Assembly (NCBI GenBank): GCA_040285745.1
Contig: JAUFOR010000005.1
Location: 434,001-498,000 of the forward strand
Source: Barthelona sp. PCE
Taxonomy: Eukaryota
Reading direction: 5' to 3'
Length of the DNA: 64,000 bases
Position 1 is the first letter of the stretch. Every line of letters starts with the position of its first letter. The notes beneath the pieces are model-generated. The model had not been told where the DNA came from, did not search any database, and saw only the letters and a list, made by a program, of their open reading frames with translations. Positions 40,936 to 51,471 of the stretch are shown here, in pieces. A program made the translations under genes and the position numbers.

Positions 40936-42252
40936 ATGGAAGAGTTGTTTAAATGTCCGTTGACATACGAACTTATGGAGGATCCGGTCCTTACACCATA
41001 TGGGCATTCATTTGAGCGTTCTGCAATCACACAATGGCTACTTAAGTCAGATAAATGTCCACTCACACGCAGACCTCTGTCAATTAAGGACCTCCACCCC
41101 AACATTCAACTCCGTAAAGTCATCGAAGAATATAGAAAGCAGAATAACAAAATTTGTAGCGATCATGGAACGGTAGCATCAGAATCTGGGCTTTTTCAGC
41201 AGTTTCAGGTCAATCGTAACCAACTTTATGCACTGGACGATCAACGGACTGAATTAGAAGAGGGTATTGATGTTCTTGAGGTTAGAATCGATAAGATCTC
41301 TAATGCAATCAAACGATTGAGTACCAAGATACAAGAGAAGATAAAAAAACAAAAGATTCTCTTGGAGAAGAGTTCTATGAATAATATTACAGCAGTTGAA
41401 CGAGATGAACTAGATGAAATCACTTTTTTACTTAATGAAATGGAAGAAGAACAAGTTATGCTTGAGGAAGAACAAAGTCGGTATATAGTTTCTGTCTCAG
41501 AGAAAGAAAACGATTTGAGAACTATTAACTATTCATTATCCCTATTCCAAAAAACTGTTGAATCACAAAAAAAAGCACTTTTACGAATTATTAATGCTTC
41601 TCCTGATTCACTTAACGACCCCAGTTTGTATATCGAACCCGTGGACTACACACGGGATGAAAAGCTCAAAAAAGCGCTCAAAACAAAAGAGCGTGGTAAT
41701 CGAAAATTTAGAAAGGGAAAATTTGAAGATGCAGAAGCGTTATACACCAAATCTATCGAAGAAGCACACCCCTACATTCTTCCAGCCTTGTATTTGAACA
41801 GAGCTGTAGTGCGTGAGCGTTTGAAGAAATACCTGGATGCCATTGAAGACTGCAATATTGCTGTACAGGAAGTCCCAACAGTGAAGGCATATAGGATCAT
41901 CGGTGACTCATATTATAATCTTTGTGATCATAACTCTGCCATAACTGAAGGTTTTGCTAAAGCAGTTGATTTAGCAGTTAGTCAAGGCGGTACTGATGAT
42001 CATTCATCAAAAATGATTGAATATATTGAAGAAATGATGCATCGACAAGAGAAAGAGCGGAAGATTCAGGAAGAACAAGATCAAATTAGAGAACAAGAAC
42101 AAAGAAGAAGAGTGCCATTTGAGAATGAAGTTAATCGAAGTCAGAGTGATCTGCAAAATGCTGGGCAAGGTTTAGAGAATCTTTTTGGCAATTTGTTTGC
42201 TGGTCAAGGTCGTCGTAGTAGAACTCATTCTAGGAGGTCTGGGTTTATGTAA
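40936..42252 (+). CDS. U-box + coiled-coil + TPR protein (putative E3 ligase)
   Basis: FKCPLTYELMEDPVLTPYGHSFERSAITQWL..CPLTR; TPRs KERGNRKFRKGKFEDAEALYTKSI, LYLNRA..AIEDCNIAV. Confidence 0.9.
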   Translation: MEELFKCPLTYELMEDPVLTPYGHSFERSAITQWLLKSDKCPLTRRPLSIKDLHPNIQLRKVIEEYRKQNNKICSDHGTVASESGLFQQFQVNRNQLYALDDQRTELEEGIDVLEVRIDKISNAIKRLSTKIQEKIKKQKILLEKSSMNNITAVERDELDEITFLLNEMEEEQVMLEEEQSRYIVSVSEKENDLRTINYSLSLFQKTVESQKKALLRIINASPDSLNDPSLYIEPVDYTRDEKLKKALKTKERGNRKFRKGKFEDAEALYTKSIEEAHPYILPALYLNRAVVRERLKKYLDAIEDCNIAVQEVPTVKAYRIIGDSYYNLCDHNSAITEGFAKAVDLAVSQGGTDDHSSKMIEYIEEMMHRQEKERKIQEEQDQIREQEQRRRVPFENEVNRSQSDLQNAGQGLENLFGNLFAGQGRRSRTHSRRSGFM

Positions 42253-42864
42253 GGCTTTCATTTTTTCTTTGAATTTTTTGTTGTGAAATACAATCATTCG
42301 AGCTGGGACAGTGTTCCAATATTTAACATATTCAAAGTTTTTGAATATGTTCATTAAATGACGTTCTTCAATACTGATACGTCGAGCAAAAAAAACAGTG
42401 AGTGCAATTGCATAAATAAATACACAATACTTATTTAACAACATGATTTGAGTGAATACGGCATATAAAAGGAAGAAAAAATAACTGGGATGCCTCATTA
42501 CACTGTATAAACCTGTTGTTATTAAAACATGTTCGTCACGTTTCTTCTTTTGAATGAGGTGTGTGAACGATTTGCCAGCCTGGTACATAGCTACCTTGCG
42601 GCCTGCATCACACATAAATGCAAGAATAAAAAAACTCCAACCAACCACTTTTGCATCGAATAAAGTGAATAATTTAGGGTTTAGCCGATTATGAATATAC
42701 AGCTCAACAAATCCCGCAGTCATTGCAACAATATAAGGCCATTGAAAGAAGGCTGTATTCTTATGATTAGCTTTTCCATGAGTTATACGTGTGATTAAAT
42801 ACTCTCCAGCATGATGCCATAGTAGCATGCCCACGAATAGTCCTGTTTGCAATGGTGGAAACAT
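42172..42864 (-). CDS. ICMT: Isoprenylcysteine carboxyl methyltransferase (Ste14)
   Basis: AGKSFTHLI, HVLITTGLYSVMRHPSY, RRISIEERHL..YVKY. Probable ATG at 42864. Confidence 0.9.
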   Translation of the reverse strand: MFPPLQTGLFVGMLLWHHAGEYLITRITHGKANHKNTAFFQWPYIVAMTAGFVELYIHNRLNPKLFTLFDAKVVGWSFFILAFMCDAGRKVAMYQAGKSFTHLIQKKKRDEHVLITTGLYSVMRHPSYFFFLLYAVFTQIMLLNKYCVFIYAIALTVFFARRISIEERHLMNIFKNFEYVKYWNTVPARMIVFHNKKFKEKMKALHKPRPPRMSSTTTTLTSKQIAKKIL

Positions 42865-42945
42865 AGAATTGTATGAAGAAGGTGAAATTGGCAATAACAA
42901 GTTTTCCGAATTCTTATTTATCATCCCTTTCAAACACATAATGTG

Positions 42946-43935
42946 ATGCACAGCACCGGCATCTTAGAATACGAAGTAGGGCCGAACGCTGTTGCGTTTG
43001 AACTTGTTGGTTCAAAAAAGAATGTAGTTCCCAGGAAGAAAAAGGGACAGGAATTGCTTACTGACTCACCAAAGCGAAAATACATCCATAATGATCTCAC
43101 AGAAGAAATGACATCTTCTTTGAAAGTGACGAATGAATGCGATGAGATTGTATTTGAATCGGTGCATCTGGAGGCTGCTTCACCTGAAAAGGGGCTTGAT
43201 AGTCGTCCCACATCTACACAGGATTATGTAGAAAAACCCAAACGAGAGAAGTTTAAAAAAGTTGAAAAAAAACCCAACAGTCTTGAAGGATTCACAAATC
43301 CAAACAGTTGGGACCCTAACTTCTTCATTGGCTCCCGAAAAATGGCTTCAAGAAATCGAATGATACCAATAACAGATACCAGCACATCTTTTGTAACAGA
43401 TGAAGCTGTTTACTACGATGAGGATACTGGATACATCCTAAGTGAACAGGAGGTACAGGAGATGGAGAGAGAGCGTGATCAGGAGTCTGATGTATTTCTT
43501 ACAGAGACCAGTTTTTCGCAATCAAGCTCAAGAACACCTAAATCACTCAGAAAACGTTTTTATCATAATGTAAGGGTGTCAAAAATGATGGACGAGGCAT
43601 TCAGAATGAGACAATCAAGTGACAACAGTCAATATTGGAGAACTGTAACAAAGAACCAAGGGTTTAATCTTTGCATTACACCGAGTCAAGAAACTAATAA
43701 TTTACCGTTTCTAAGCCATACACGAACGCGCTCTATTCAACCACAGAGAGAAATGAATGGTATTCCACCTTTGAAAGAAACGATTTATGAGAGAGATACC
43801 CTTAATGAGTTTTTTAATGCAACAAAATTTGCTGCAAAAGAAGAATTTGTTTCTAGTAATTTTGTAGATAACTCTGTTGCCAAAACACATGCAAAAATGT
43901 TATTAGAAGATGTTTTGTTGAAAACAGAAACATAA
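42946..43935 (+). CDS. Hypothetical, largely disordered protein
   Basis: ~330-aa ORF with no motif recognised. Confidence 0.6.
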   Translation: MHSTGILEYEVGPNAVAFELVGSKKNVVPRKKKGQELLTDSPKRKYIHNDLTEEMTSSLKVTNECDEIVFESVHLEAASPEKGLDSRPTSTQDYVEKPKREKFKKVEKKPNSLEGFTNPNSWDPNFFIGSRKMASRNRMIPITDTSTSFVTDEAVYYDEDTGYILSEQEVQEMERERDQESDVFLTETSFSQSSSRTPKSLRKRFYHNVRVSKMMDEAFRMRQSSDNSQYWRTVTKNQGFNLCITPSQETNNLPFLSHTRTRSIQPQREMNGIPPLKETIYERDTLNEFFNATKFAAKEEFVSSNFVDNSVAKTHAKMLLEDVLLKTET

Positions 43936-43944
43936 TTAATTAAT

Positions 43945-45201
43945 TTATTTCTCACAAGTACCAGGTTTTTCTCTCTTTCTATTAAGACGCATGTGGCTGG
44001 ACACAAGCTCTCGGGCCGCCAGAGCAGCACATAAGTTTAATTCTCCTGCTAATACTGTTCCAGCAATAACTTTTGCCAATCTTTTTGATGCGAAACCTGG
44101 GTTTTCACGATCTATAACACATCCAATAAGCGTTAGAAGGTTCTGTTGTGCAGGGAGGTGGGTCCCACCACCTATTGTTCCGACTTCAAGTGAAGGCAAT
44201 GTTACACTCATGTAAAGATCACCATTTTCTGTTTTTTCCATATTTGTGATACAATTTGAGCTTTCTACGACTTGTGCGCAGTCTTGTCCAAGGGCAAGAA
44301 ATGAAGCAGCAACGAGATTTGCAGCATGGGCGTTAAAACCTCCAAGGGCACCTGCAACTGCACTACCCACGAGGTTTTTACGTGTGTTCAAATCAACAAT
44401 CGTGTCCACACTTACCTTTAGCACCTTGGAAAGAACATCTTTTTCTATGACAGTTTCACAAATTACACTTTTGCCACGTCCATCAAGCCAGTTAACTGCT
44501 GTAGCCTTCTTATCAGTGCACACATTTCCACTAATTGCAACCACTTTGAAAGGGTATTTATCACCACATTCATTAGCAAGATGTTCAAGACATGCCTTGA
44601 CGCCTTTGCTAATCATATTCATACCCATTGCATCTCCCGTGAACGCACAGAAGCGGACATAGAGGTTCCTTCCACTGTGGAAGCACTTTATACTCTCTAG
44701 ACGACCAAAACTAGTTGTCGAATTGAAAGCTATCATTAAACCTGTAAGCCCTTCGTTTTCAATGTAAAGTGCTAATTCAACAGCATCTGCTGCGCTATTG
44801 AGTGTTAGACAGGGTGCGCGGGTCATTCCATCTCTGAAAATTGTCGAAATACAACCACCAGATGCATTGATGGCTTTGCATCCCCTGGAACAACCTGCTA
44901 CGAGGCATCCTTCAGTTGTGGCCATTGGTAGAGGCACCTTCTCGTCGTTTATGAGTAGAGGGCCTGCTAAACCAAGTGGAATGGGCACATAACCAATGAC
45001 ATTTTCACAATTCTGTCCCAATATTGCATTATAATCGTAGCCCGTATGCGGAACGCCCTCAATACTGCACGAAGTAGTACGTTCATAGTACTCTCGTCTA
45101 ATTTCAACAGCTTCAGCTGGAGAAAAAAGCTTCTCAAGTTTATAAAGTGGAATCGACCCTTCAATCAGCTTATCAACGATTTCTTCCCTAGAAACTTCCA
45201 T
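43945..45201 (-). CDS. HMGR: Class I HMG-CoA reductase, catalytic domain only
   Basis: CENVIGY, PMATTEGCLVA, DGMTRAP, TGDAMGMNM, GNVCTDKK, GQDCAQ, VGTIGGGT, SSHM. Confidence 0.96.
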   Translation of the reverse strand: MEVSREEIVDKLIEGSIPLYKLEKLFSPAEAVEIRREYYERTTSCSIEGVPHTGYDYNAILGQNCENVIGYVPIPLGLAGPLLINDEKVPLPMATTEGCLVAGCSRGCKAINASGGCISTIFRDGMTRAPCLTLNSAADAVELALYIENEGLTGLMIAFNSTTSFGRLESIKCFHSGRNLYVRFCAFTGDAMGMNMISKGVKACLEHLANECGDKYPFKVVAISGNVCTDKKATAVNWLDGRGKSVICETVIEKDVLSKVLKVSVDTIVDLNTRKNLVGSAVAGALGGFNAHAANLVAASFLALGQDCAQVVESSNCITNMEKTENGDLYMSVTLPSLEVGTIGGGTHLPAQQNLLTLIGCVIDRENPGFASKRLAKVIAGTVLAGELNLCAALAARELVSSHMRLNRKREKPGTCEK

Positions 45202-45381
45202 AATTTACCGTAATGGATAATTGTAAAAGGTAAGTAAAGTGTTTACAGTACAGGTTTCTCCATGTTCTGTATAACAAGACATTTGCCTCCAAAATGTATT
45301 TTTACTGAAATTGCTGAGGAGAATTTAATCAATTCATTGGTTGAATTGCATGAAATGAATAATTTTATTAACAGTACTTCA

Positions 45382-46746
45382 CTAAAGTGTTTTTCGGACA
45401 AAAATCTTTGTACTACCCTCATTGCACATCGATGCAGTGGCTAGGTATCGCTCATGGAAGCTAAAAACTAGCTTTAAAGGAACATAATCAGTTGCAACTT
45501 CGTGAAAAACTTCAAAAATCATAAAACTTGGATTATGGAAACAAAAACGTAAAAACAACAGTTTGGCAGGGTTATCTGCGCCACATACAATGCACGAACC
45601 ATCGCTAGCCACACTTAACAAAGGCGCAAAGATGGCATTATACAGCTGACTTTGATGTGTATAGCATATCAACACTTCACCTAATGTATTCAATAAATAA
45701 ACAGAGTTAGAACACGTTGCTAATATGAACGGTGGTACCTTATGTTTTAAGACTCTAGTTTCTACATGTGTAATAGAATGAGAAAGATTTTGTAGAAAGA
45801 CTTTTTTAAGACTAGGCTTAATAGGGGATCCAAATATAACTTTCAGTATGTCACCGTTCACACAACCCACATATAAGCATTGATTAATATGATCTAATGT
45901 ACTAGTTGTAGCTAAAGCATCTAAAATAATTTCTTTCTCTACTCTTCCTAAACTCAAGTTAATGATCCGAATTCGGCCAGTATCTGTTCCACAGATCGCT
46001 AAGGAGGGGTTTTCTGGATGTAAATGATGCCAGATCAACTGTTCTCTGAAAGAAAACTCTGCAATAGTCTTTAAACTAGAATGATCCCAAAGAATTAGTT
46101 TCCTGTCCATTCCAGTCGAACAAACCAGGTCTGTACCAGGTAATATACTGAATGATAGTACTGGGGCTGAATGCATGTCTGCAACCAGTGTATGTTTGGG
46201 ATTTATAGTTGAGAAGACGTAAACACGGCCCTGGGTGGTGCCCGATAGCAGATGTTCTTCCCCATTAGCGAATTGCAAAGCAGTAACAGGTTCAACTGAA
46301 TCTTTAAAAGACATGTAGAACCCAAAGTTATATATCTTGGCAAGGGGCATGTTCTGGAACCCGAGTCCACCGGGTATCACCATGCGGTGTTGTTGTGTGA
46401 ATGTGGAATGAACTGTGCTTGATTTCTCAGTTTCATCGAACGCATTGGTCTCTGTACTATGCATCGCCAGCGGCGGGGCCTTGGAAAACGATATTGAACG
46501 GTTCTTTATGGGTGAACGCGTGTTCCAAAGCCGAGAACGAACAATTCTGGTATATATGTTGAAATATTCTTCACGTCGTTCGATAAAATCGACAGGGTCG
46601 CTAGAGTTCTCAATTTGGGTGAAGAGTAAGGCCATGCGAAGCGTATCATAGCTTTCATCCCGTCGATTTGATAACAGATGTCGTGTTTGGCGACAATTGG
46701 TCTCTAAAGACTCAAGCGTCTGTGTTAGAGAATTGATTGTATGCAT
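45382..46746 (-). CDS. WD40 protein, WDR13-like
   Basis: WD repeats; AIFAPLLSVASDGSCIVCGAD and FSFHERYLATA resemble the WDR13 C-terminus. Confidence 0.6.
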   Translation of the reverse strand: MHTINSLTQTLESLETNCRQTRHLLSNRRDESYDTLRMALLFTQIENSSDPVDFIERREEYFNIYTRIVRSRLWNTRSPIKNRSISFSKAPPLAMHSTETNAFDETEKSSTVHSTFTQQHRMVIPGGLGFQNMPLAKIYNFGFYMSFKDSVEPVTALQFANGEEHLLSGTTQGRVYVFSTINPKHTLVADMHSAPVLSFSILPGTDLVCSTGMDRKLILWDHSSLKTIAEFSFREQLIWHHLHPENPSLAICGTDTGRIRIINLSLGRVEKEIILDALATTSTLDHINQCLYVGCVNGDILKVIFGSPIKPSLKKVFLQNLSHSITHVETRVLKHKVPPFILATCSNSVYLLNTLGEVLICYTHQSQLYNAIFAPLLSVASDGSCIVCGADNPAKLLFLRFCFHNPSFMIFEVFHEVATDYVPLKLVFSFHERYLATASMCNEGSTKIFVRKTL

Positions 46747-47162
46747 TAAATACCCATTATGGTTAGAAATAAGGATGAAATTTTTGTAACAGACTTTCTA
46801 TACTGTTTTCTTCTTCGTGTCTTGCGGTTTACCGACCTCAGTGCAGTTTTTGAACGGGACTGCCTCAAAGAAAAACTGTATTGACGGCTAGAAGTTTGCC
46901 TGTCTTGAGCTATTTGTTGTCCAAATGAATATTCTGTCAAGTTTGTGGGGATTAAAATGCATTAAAAACGCTATTATGTTGTTTAATGAATGCATAGATT
47001 TGTCTATTGTGATATCCATTCAGTAAACCTTCTTTGAAAATATATCGCACTATTTTATCTCATTTTGCCTATTTTAGCATAGTGTTAAAAGACTTTGAAG
47101 GATGGAATATCATACAGAGTTAAAAAGAAATGTTTTCACAATTACTTCCCTTTCTTATCTCA

Positions 47163-49100
47163 ATGTCCATTGAAAGTGAAAGCAGTAACCTCAAGGTCAC
47201 GCCCTTGGGCGCAGGACAGGAGTGTGGGCGCAGTTGCATACTTGCAGAGTACAAATCATCACGAATTATGCTTGATTGTGGTTTAAACCCGGCAGCAGAG
47301 GGCAGAGACGCCCTGCCATACTGGGAAGAGGCCCAGCTGGATCTTCTCAATCTCATTCTAGTTTCCCACTACCACTACGATCACACAGCCGGTTTACCAC
47401 TCATTGTCAGTGCCAATCGAGCTTCCCCATACAGGGGTCCGATATACATGACCCAGCCAACACGTGCAATCGTTAAAAGGTCGATTCGCTCAGATGTATC
47501 CAATGCTGATGATGTACAACAATTTTTATCACAAATTCAGGTTGTTGAATTTTACGAGCGCGTTACATACAAGGGCGTCACGTTCTGGGCTATACCAGCT
47601 GGTCATGTTTTGGGAGCTTGTATGTGGTGTATTCAGTTTGCACCAGGTGTATCTTTAGTGTACACGGGTGATTACTGTATGTATCCTGATTCTCATTTGC
47701 CGGGTGCAGCCGTCCCCTCCTTCTCACCAACATGTTTAGTTGCAGAATCTACTTTCGGTTCATCTGTTTTTGAGAGTTTGGAGTCTAGAGAACGGCAATT
47801 AAATCAGATGATTCAACAAACAATCGCAAAGCGCGGTAAGATCTTGTTCCCTACCACATCTTTAGGAAGAGCACAAGAATTATTGTTTATTTTGGAAAAA
47901 TTATGGCATAACAACAAAAGTTTACATGATATACCTATTTATTTCATTGATTCAGGTGCAAAACAGATCATGAACATGTATAAGTCATACCTCGGGTATC
48001 AGTCGGATGACCTCATCAATTTTTTCCGTTCAAGAAACAGAAAACCATGGGATTTGAAATATGTTTCTTTACTGACTGGTATTGACTGGAAGAATAGACC
48101 ACCATCATGGGCCATCGGAGAGAAACCAGCGATTGTGGTTTGTTCTCCTGGTATGATCCAGAGAGGTCATTCACGAAAGTTTTTTGAGCTTTGGTGCGGT
48201 GACGCCAATAATTTGTTAGTAATGATTTCTTATTGTACACCGCCGACGCTGGGTTATGATCTGCTACTGGACAGGACAGACGCTGCTGAACAGAAGGTTG
48301 GTAAACCCATTAGAATGCAATGTGAGACGATAACATTCTCGTCTCATACGGATTTCACAGGTACAATGAAGCTAGTCAACGGCTGTACGCCCGATAATAT
48401 CGTGCTCATCCACGGGTCCAAGAACAGGGGCGAAAGTCTGGCCTCAGCGATAACGAGGAATCGTAAAATTCGAATGAATGTATTTGTGCCTGGTAACACA
48501 CAAACTGTCACTATTCCTGTGGAAGCGAGCAACGAGGTCTTTATCACACACGACCAACATGCAAAGTTAGTGGAGGAAGGGACAAATTGTGGTGTTTTTG
48601 TTAGGAATGGTCCTAGTCTTACGTTCACGTCCCCAGAAGAGTTAAAGAACACATCCCTGCCGTTCATTGAGATGGTTGGTTCATTCAGAACGAAAAAGAC
48701 CGTTACTACTGAGCAATTGCACAAATTTTTCATAAACACACCTCACGATTACGATGAAGAGTCATTTTTATTCGGTGGGGATCTAAATGTTAGTGTTTTG
48801 TACGACGTCGACAGTATATCTGTGGAGTGGGCAGGCGGCGAGAACAATTATTGTGTAGCTATGATTTTAGCATCGCTTTTGTCAGGTGTAGAGTCAGAAG
48901 CAATTACAATCACAGAAGAACCTGTTGTAGAGGAGCTTAGTCTCATAGAGCGACTTGAATCTGGTTTGGGTGTTGATGTGACGGAGAACAATGGTGTTCT
49001 ATCTATGGTTGTATTCGAACACATTGTTACTATCAATGATGGAAGTGTCACTTGCGATAATGCTGATATAAGAGCAATGGTAAGTGGCATAATCCAATAA
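47163..49100 (+). CDS. CPSF3: Beta-CASP metallo-beta-lactamase endonuclease, CPSF73/Ysh1-like
   Basis: PLGAGQECGRSC, SHYHYDH, AGHVLGA, YTGDY, LGRAQEL, LHDIPIY, PGMIQRGHSR..FELWC, FSSHTD, LIHG. Overall closer to CPSF73 than to INTS11. Confidence 0.8.
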   Translation: MSIESESSNLKVTPLGAGQECGRSCILAEYKSSRIMLDCGLNPAAEGRDALPYWEEAQLDLLNLILVSHYHYDHTAGLPLIVSANRASPYRGPIYMTQPTRAIVKRSIRSDVSNADDVQQFLSQIQVVEFYERVTYKGVTFWAIPAGHVLGACMWCIQFAPGVSLVYTGDYCMYPDSHLPGAAVPSFSPTCLVAESTFGSSVFESLESRERQLNQMIQQTIAKRGKILFPTTSLGRAQELLFILEKLWHNNKSLHDIPIYFIDSGAKQIMNMYKSYLGYQSDDLINFFRSRNRKPWDLKYVSLLTGIDWKNRPPSWAIGEKPAIVVCSPGMIQRGHSRKFFELWCGDANNLLVMISYCTPPTLGYDLLLDRTDAAEQKVGKPIRMQCETITFSSHTDFTGTMKLVNGCTPDNIVLIHGSKNRGESLASAITRNRKIRMNVFVPGNTQTVTIPVEASNEVFITHDQHAKLVEEGTNCGVFVRNGPSLTFTSPEELKNTSLPFIEMVGSFRTKKTVTTEQLHKFFINTPHDYDEESFLFGGDLNVSVLYDVDSISVEWAGGENNYCVAMILASLLSGVESEAITITEEPVVEELSLIERLESGLGVDVTENNGVLSMVVFEHIVTINDGSVTCDNADIRAMVSGIIQ

Positions 49101-49124
49101 TAAAGCTATTTATTTCATTTTTTA

Positions 49125-50225
49125 CTAGAGCTCAAACTTCTTATATCTTAAGTCTCCTCCAGCAATGCGATCAACAAAGTTATGAACAGTCTTGCTATTT
49201 AAGGATGTGTTGGTTGCACCTGCGCGCATCTTTCCACCTTTACGAGTCTTGAGAGCAACCAAACCACTGTTGTGAATTCCAAATTTACCTGCAATTTCAC
49301 GTGCTTCGCTAGGTTTCAAATGAACAAAGAAAATACTCTTCTCATTACGGAATGATTTGGCTAGAGATCCCATTGAGCTAGCGTTTTCACCAATCATAAT
49401 AACACAAACTCCTTTTGGCTTAATGCACAATTTTTTGAGAGAATCTTCATCAGTGATACGAGCATCTGCAAATTTAGGACGCTTGATACCAGTAGGTCTA
49501 CGACGGTTACCAGTAGATGCATGACGTACCTTGGTTTTCTGATCAATATTGGGAAAATAATTTGTGACCAACCAATTTCTGATCTTTCCAAACTTTAAAT
49601 CCCCATTATAAACATATCGTTCACCATTAATAAATACAACAATGGAAGGCATTTTAACATTAAAAGCTTCAGCAGCTTCATCGGATGCAGTATGACCGAA
49701 AGCAAGATGTTCAGTGAGGTTAGCGCTTAAACCCTTGAAGAGTGGAGGCACGTTTGATTTCTTTGTGAACAAAACGACTGAATTCTTTTTGGAAATCGTT
49801 TCAACTTCTTCTAATGAAGAGAGTAGATTTGATTTTCCCTTTAAATACTTGATGACGAAACGTACCATGGCTGTCTTGGAGCGTTCCCCTTGATAATCAG
49901 TTGGACGGCGTTGATTTCCTTTGCCAGAGAAAACTTTAATGGTAGGGAACCCTTGGATACCAAATTCACTACACGTTTGCTTCTCATCATCACAATTGAC
50001 TTCTGCAATCATAATTCCTCCAACATTTTGACGGATGGTCTTTGCAACTTCTTCGTAGACAGGCTCAAGACGTTGGCAGTGACCACACCATGGTGCAAAG
50101 AACTTGACCATGACCGGGAGCTCGGAACGGATGACTTCCGAGTTGAAATTCGCATCCCCAAGCTTGATAACATGAGAACCGCTTACTATAACAATAATTG
50201 TCAACAAAATTAGGTGTTTTAACAT
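49125..50225 (-). CDS. Protein disulfide isomerase (single CGHC, PDIA6/MPD1-like)
   Basis: Signal peptide, FFAPWCGHCQRL, GFPTIK, C-terminal KFEL (KDEL-like). ATG at 50225. Confidence 0.88.
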   Translation of the reverse strand: MLKHLILLTIIVIVSGSHVIKLGDANFNSEVIRSELPVMVKFFAPWCGHCQRLEPVYEEVAKTIRQNVGGIMIAEVNCDDEKQTCSEFGIQGFPTIKVFSGKGNQRRPTDYQGERSKTAMVRFVIKYLKGKSNLLSSLEEVETISKKNSVVLFTKKSNVPPLFKGLSANLTEHLAFGHTASDEAAEAFNVKMPSIVVFINGERYVYNGDLKFGKIRNWLVTNYFPNIDQKTKVRHASTGNRRRPTGIKRPKFADARITDEDSLKKLCIKPKGVCVIMIGENASSMGSLAKSFRNEKSIFFVHLKPSEAREIAGKFGIHNSGLVALKTRKGGKMRAGATNTSLNSKTVHNFVDRIAGGDLRYKKFEL

Positions 50226-50565
50226 ATTGCTCGCTTCGATTGTCGAATTGAACTGTGAGATGGGTGGTAAATATGAAAGCAATATTGAAGAAGCCCAACT
50301 TGATTACATGTTTGTTTATGAATTTATTGCTGTTTGGGGAGGTGTCAAAGCGTGTATTCAGCAATAGGAACGTTAATAAGTACTATATTAGTCTATATAT
50401 GTTTATAATTTGTTTTTTCTTCGATATACAACTTTTATGGTAATAATGTTGAAGATATGTTAGTAATTATCGTGATTAACTGGAAAAAAGATACATTAGA
50501 ACAGTTGAGCAATTTTAAAGCTGTTTAACCAATTCTATCCATCATTACAGTTTAGTTTTTTTCAA

Positions 50566-51390
50566 ATGCATCCGATTTCCGCCAACGCACTGAGCGGCGC
50601 CCTTAGCGTCACCACGCCACTTCTTGTTCATAACATCACAGAAACTCACAAGCGCAATAATAACGGTCTGCGTATTTTTAAGTCCTTCAACATGCCCAAG
50701 GTTGACTGGGTTGACCCATTAGTCGCTGGAGCAGTTACAGGAACCAAAATCTCAACCTCCAAGATGTTGGGACCTAAGATCCACAAGCGTCTTTCAAACA
50801 CAGTATTGGGCAACCGTTTCCTTATTTCTGGTATCACTGGTACCATCGCAGATGCTTCAGTATCTACATTGTTGTATCCCGTTTTTGCAGCAAAGAGTAA
50901 GCTCCTTCATGAACCTGAATATGCCACTAACTGGATCACTACCATGGCCAAGATGGCCGCTACAAACCCCACCGAATGTTTCCAAGGTATTGGTAAGCAC
51001 ATGCTTGTAGCTCTCCCTCATACTTTTGTTCGTGCAGGAGCATATTCTTGTCTTGAATCATTCCTTTTGGACAAGCTCGTCGCTGACCGTAAAAACATTT
51101 CCAACGCTGAACGTATTGTTATTGCTGCAGTTGCTGCAGTTGGTGCTTCAGTAGCAGCCACTCTCATAACTAAACCTTTGGCTACCTGTATTGAGGCACA
51201 GGGTTATGTCCACCAAGAGGTTGGTCTCCGTATCCCATTCCTTAATGTGTTGATTGAGTACCTTAAGTATATGATTCTTCAACCAATGTCTACCATTCGT
51301 GAAATCCTTCCTTTCTTGGAGAAGAATGGTTTTTTTGCATTTATTCAAGGTGGTTTGTATGAGGCTGCATTGATTGCTACCGGTAACTAA
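50566..51390 (+). CDS. Highly divergent mitochondrial carrier (SLC25)-like protein
   Basis: GITGTIADASVSTLLYPVFAAKSKL, CFQGIGKHMLVALPHTFVRAGAY, AAVGASVAATLITKPL, FAFIQGGLYE follow the three-fold carrier repeat; 274 aa. Confidence 0.55.
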   Translation: MHPISANALSGALSVTTPLLVHNITETHKRNNNGLRIFKSFNMPKVDWVDPLVAGAVTGTKISTSKMLGPKIHKRLSNTVLGNRFLISGITGTIADASVSTLLYPVFAAKSKLLHEPEYATNWITTMAKMAATNPTECFQGIGKHMLVALPHTFVRAGAYSCLESFLLDKLVADRKNISNAERIVIAAVAAVGASVAATLITKPLATCIEAQGYVHQEVGLRIPFLNVLIEYLKYMILQPMSTIREILPFLEKNGFFAFIQGGLYEAALIATGN

Positions 51391-51471
51391 AAATGTGTTG
51401 CTTTATTAATAAAAAACAGGTAAGAAAACTGAAATTGTAGAAATGATAATTTCATTTATTGAAACACGCAG

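Noticed and set aside
47163-49100. Assignment as Integrator subunit 11
   Set aside because: Only VYTGDYxMxPD looks INTS11-like; DALPY, LHDIPIY, FELWC and the C-terminal VEW motif favour CPSF73.
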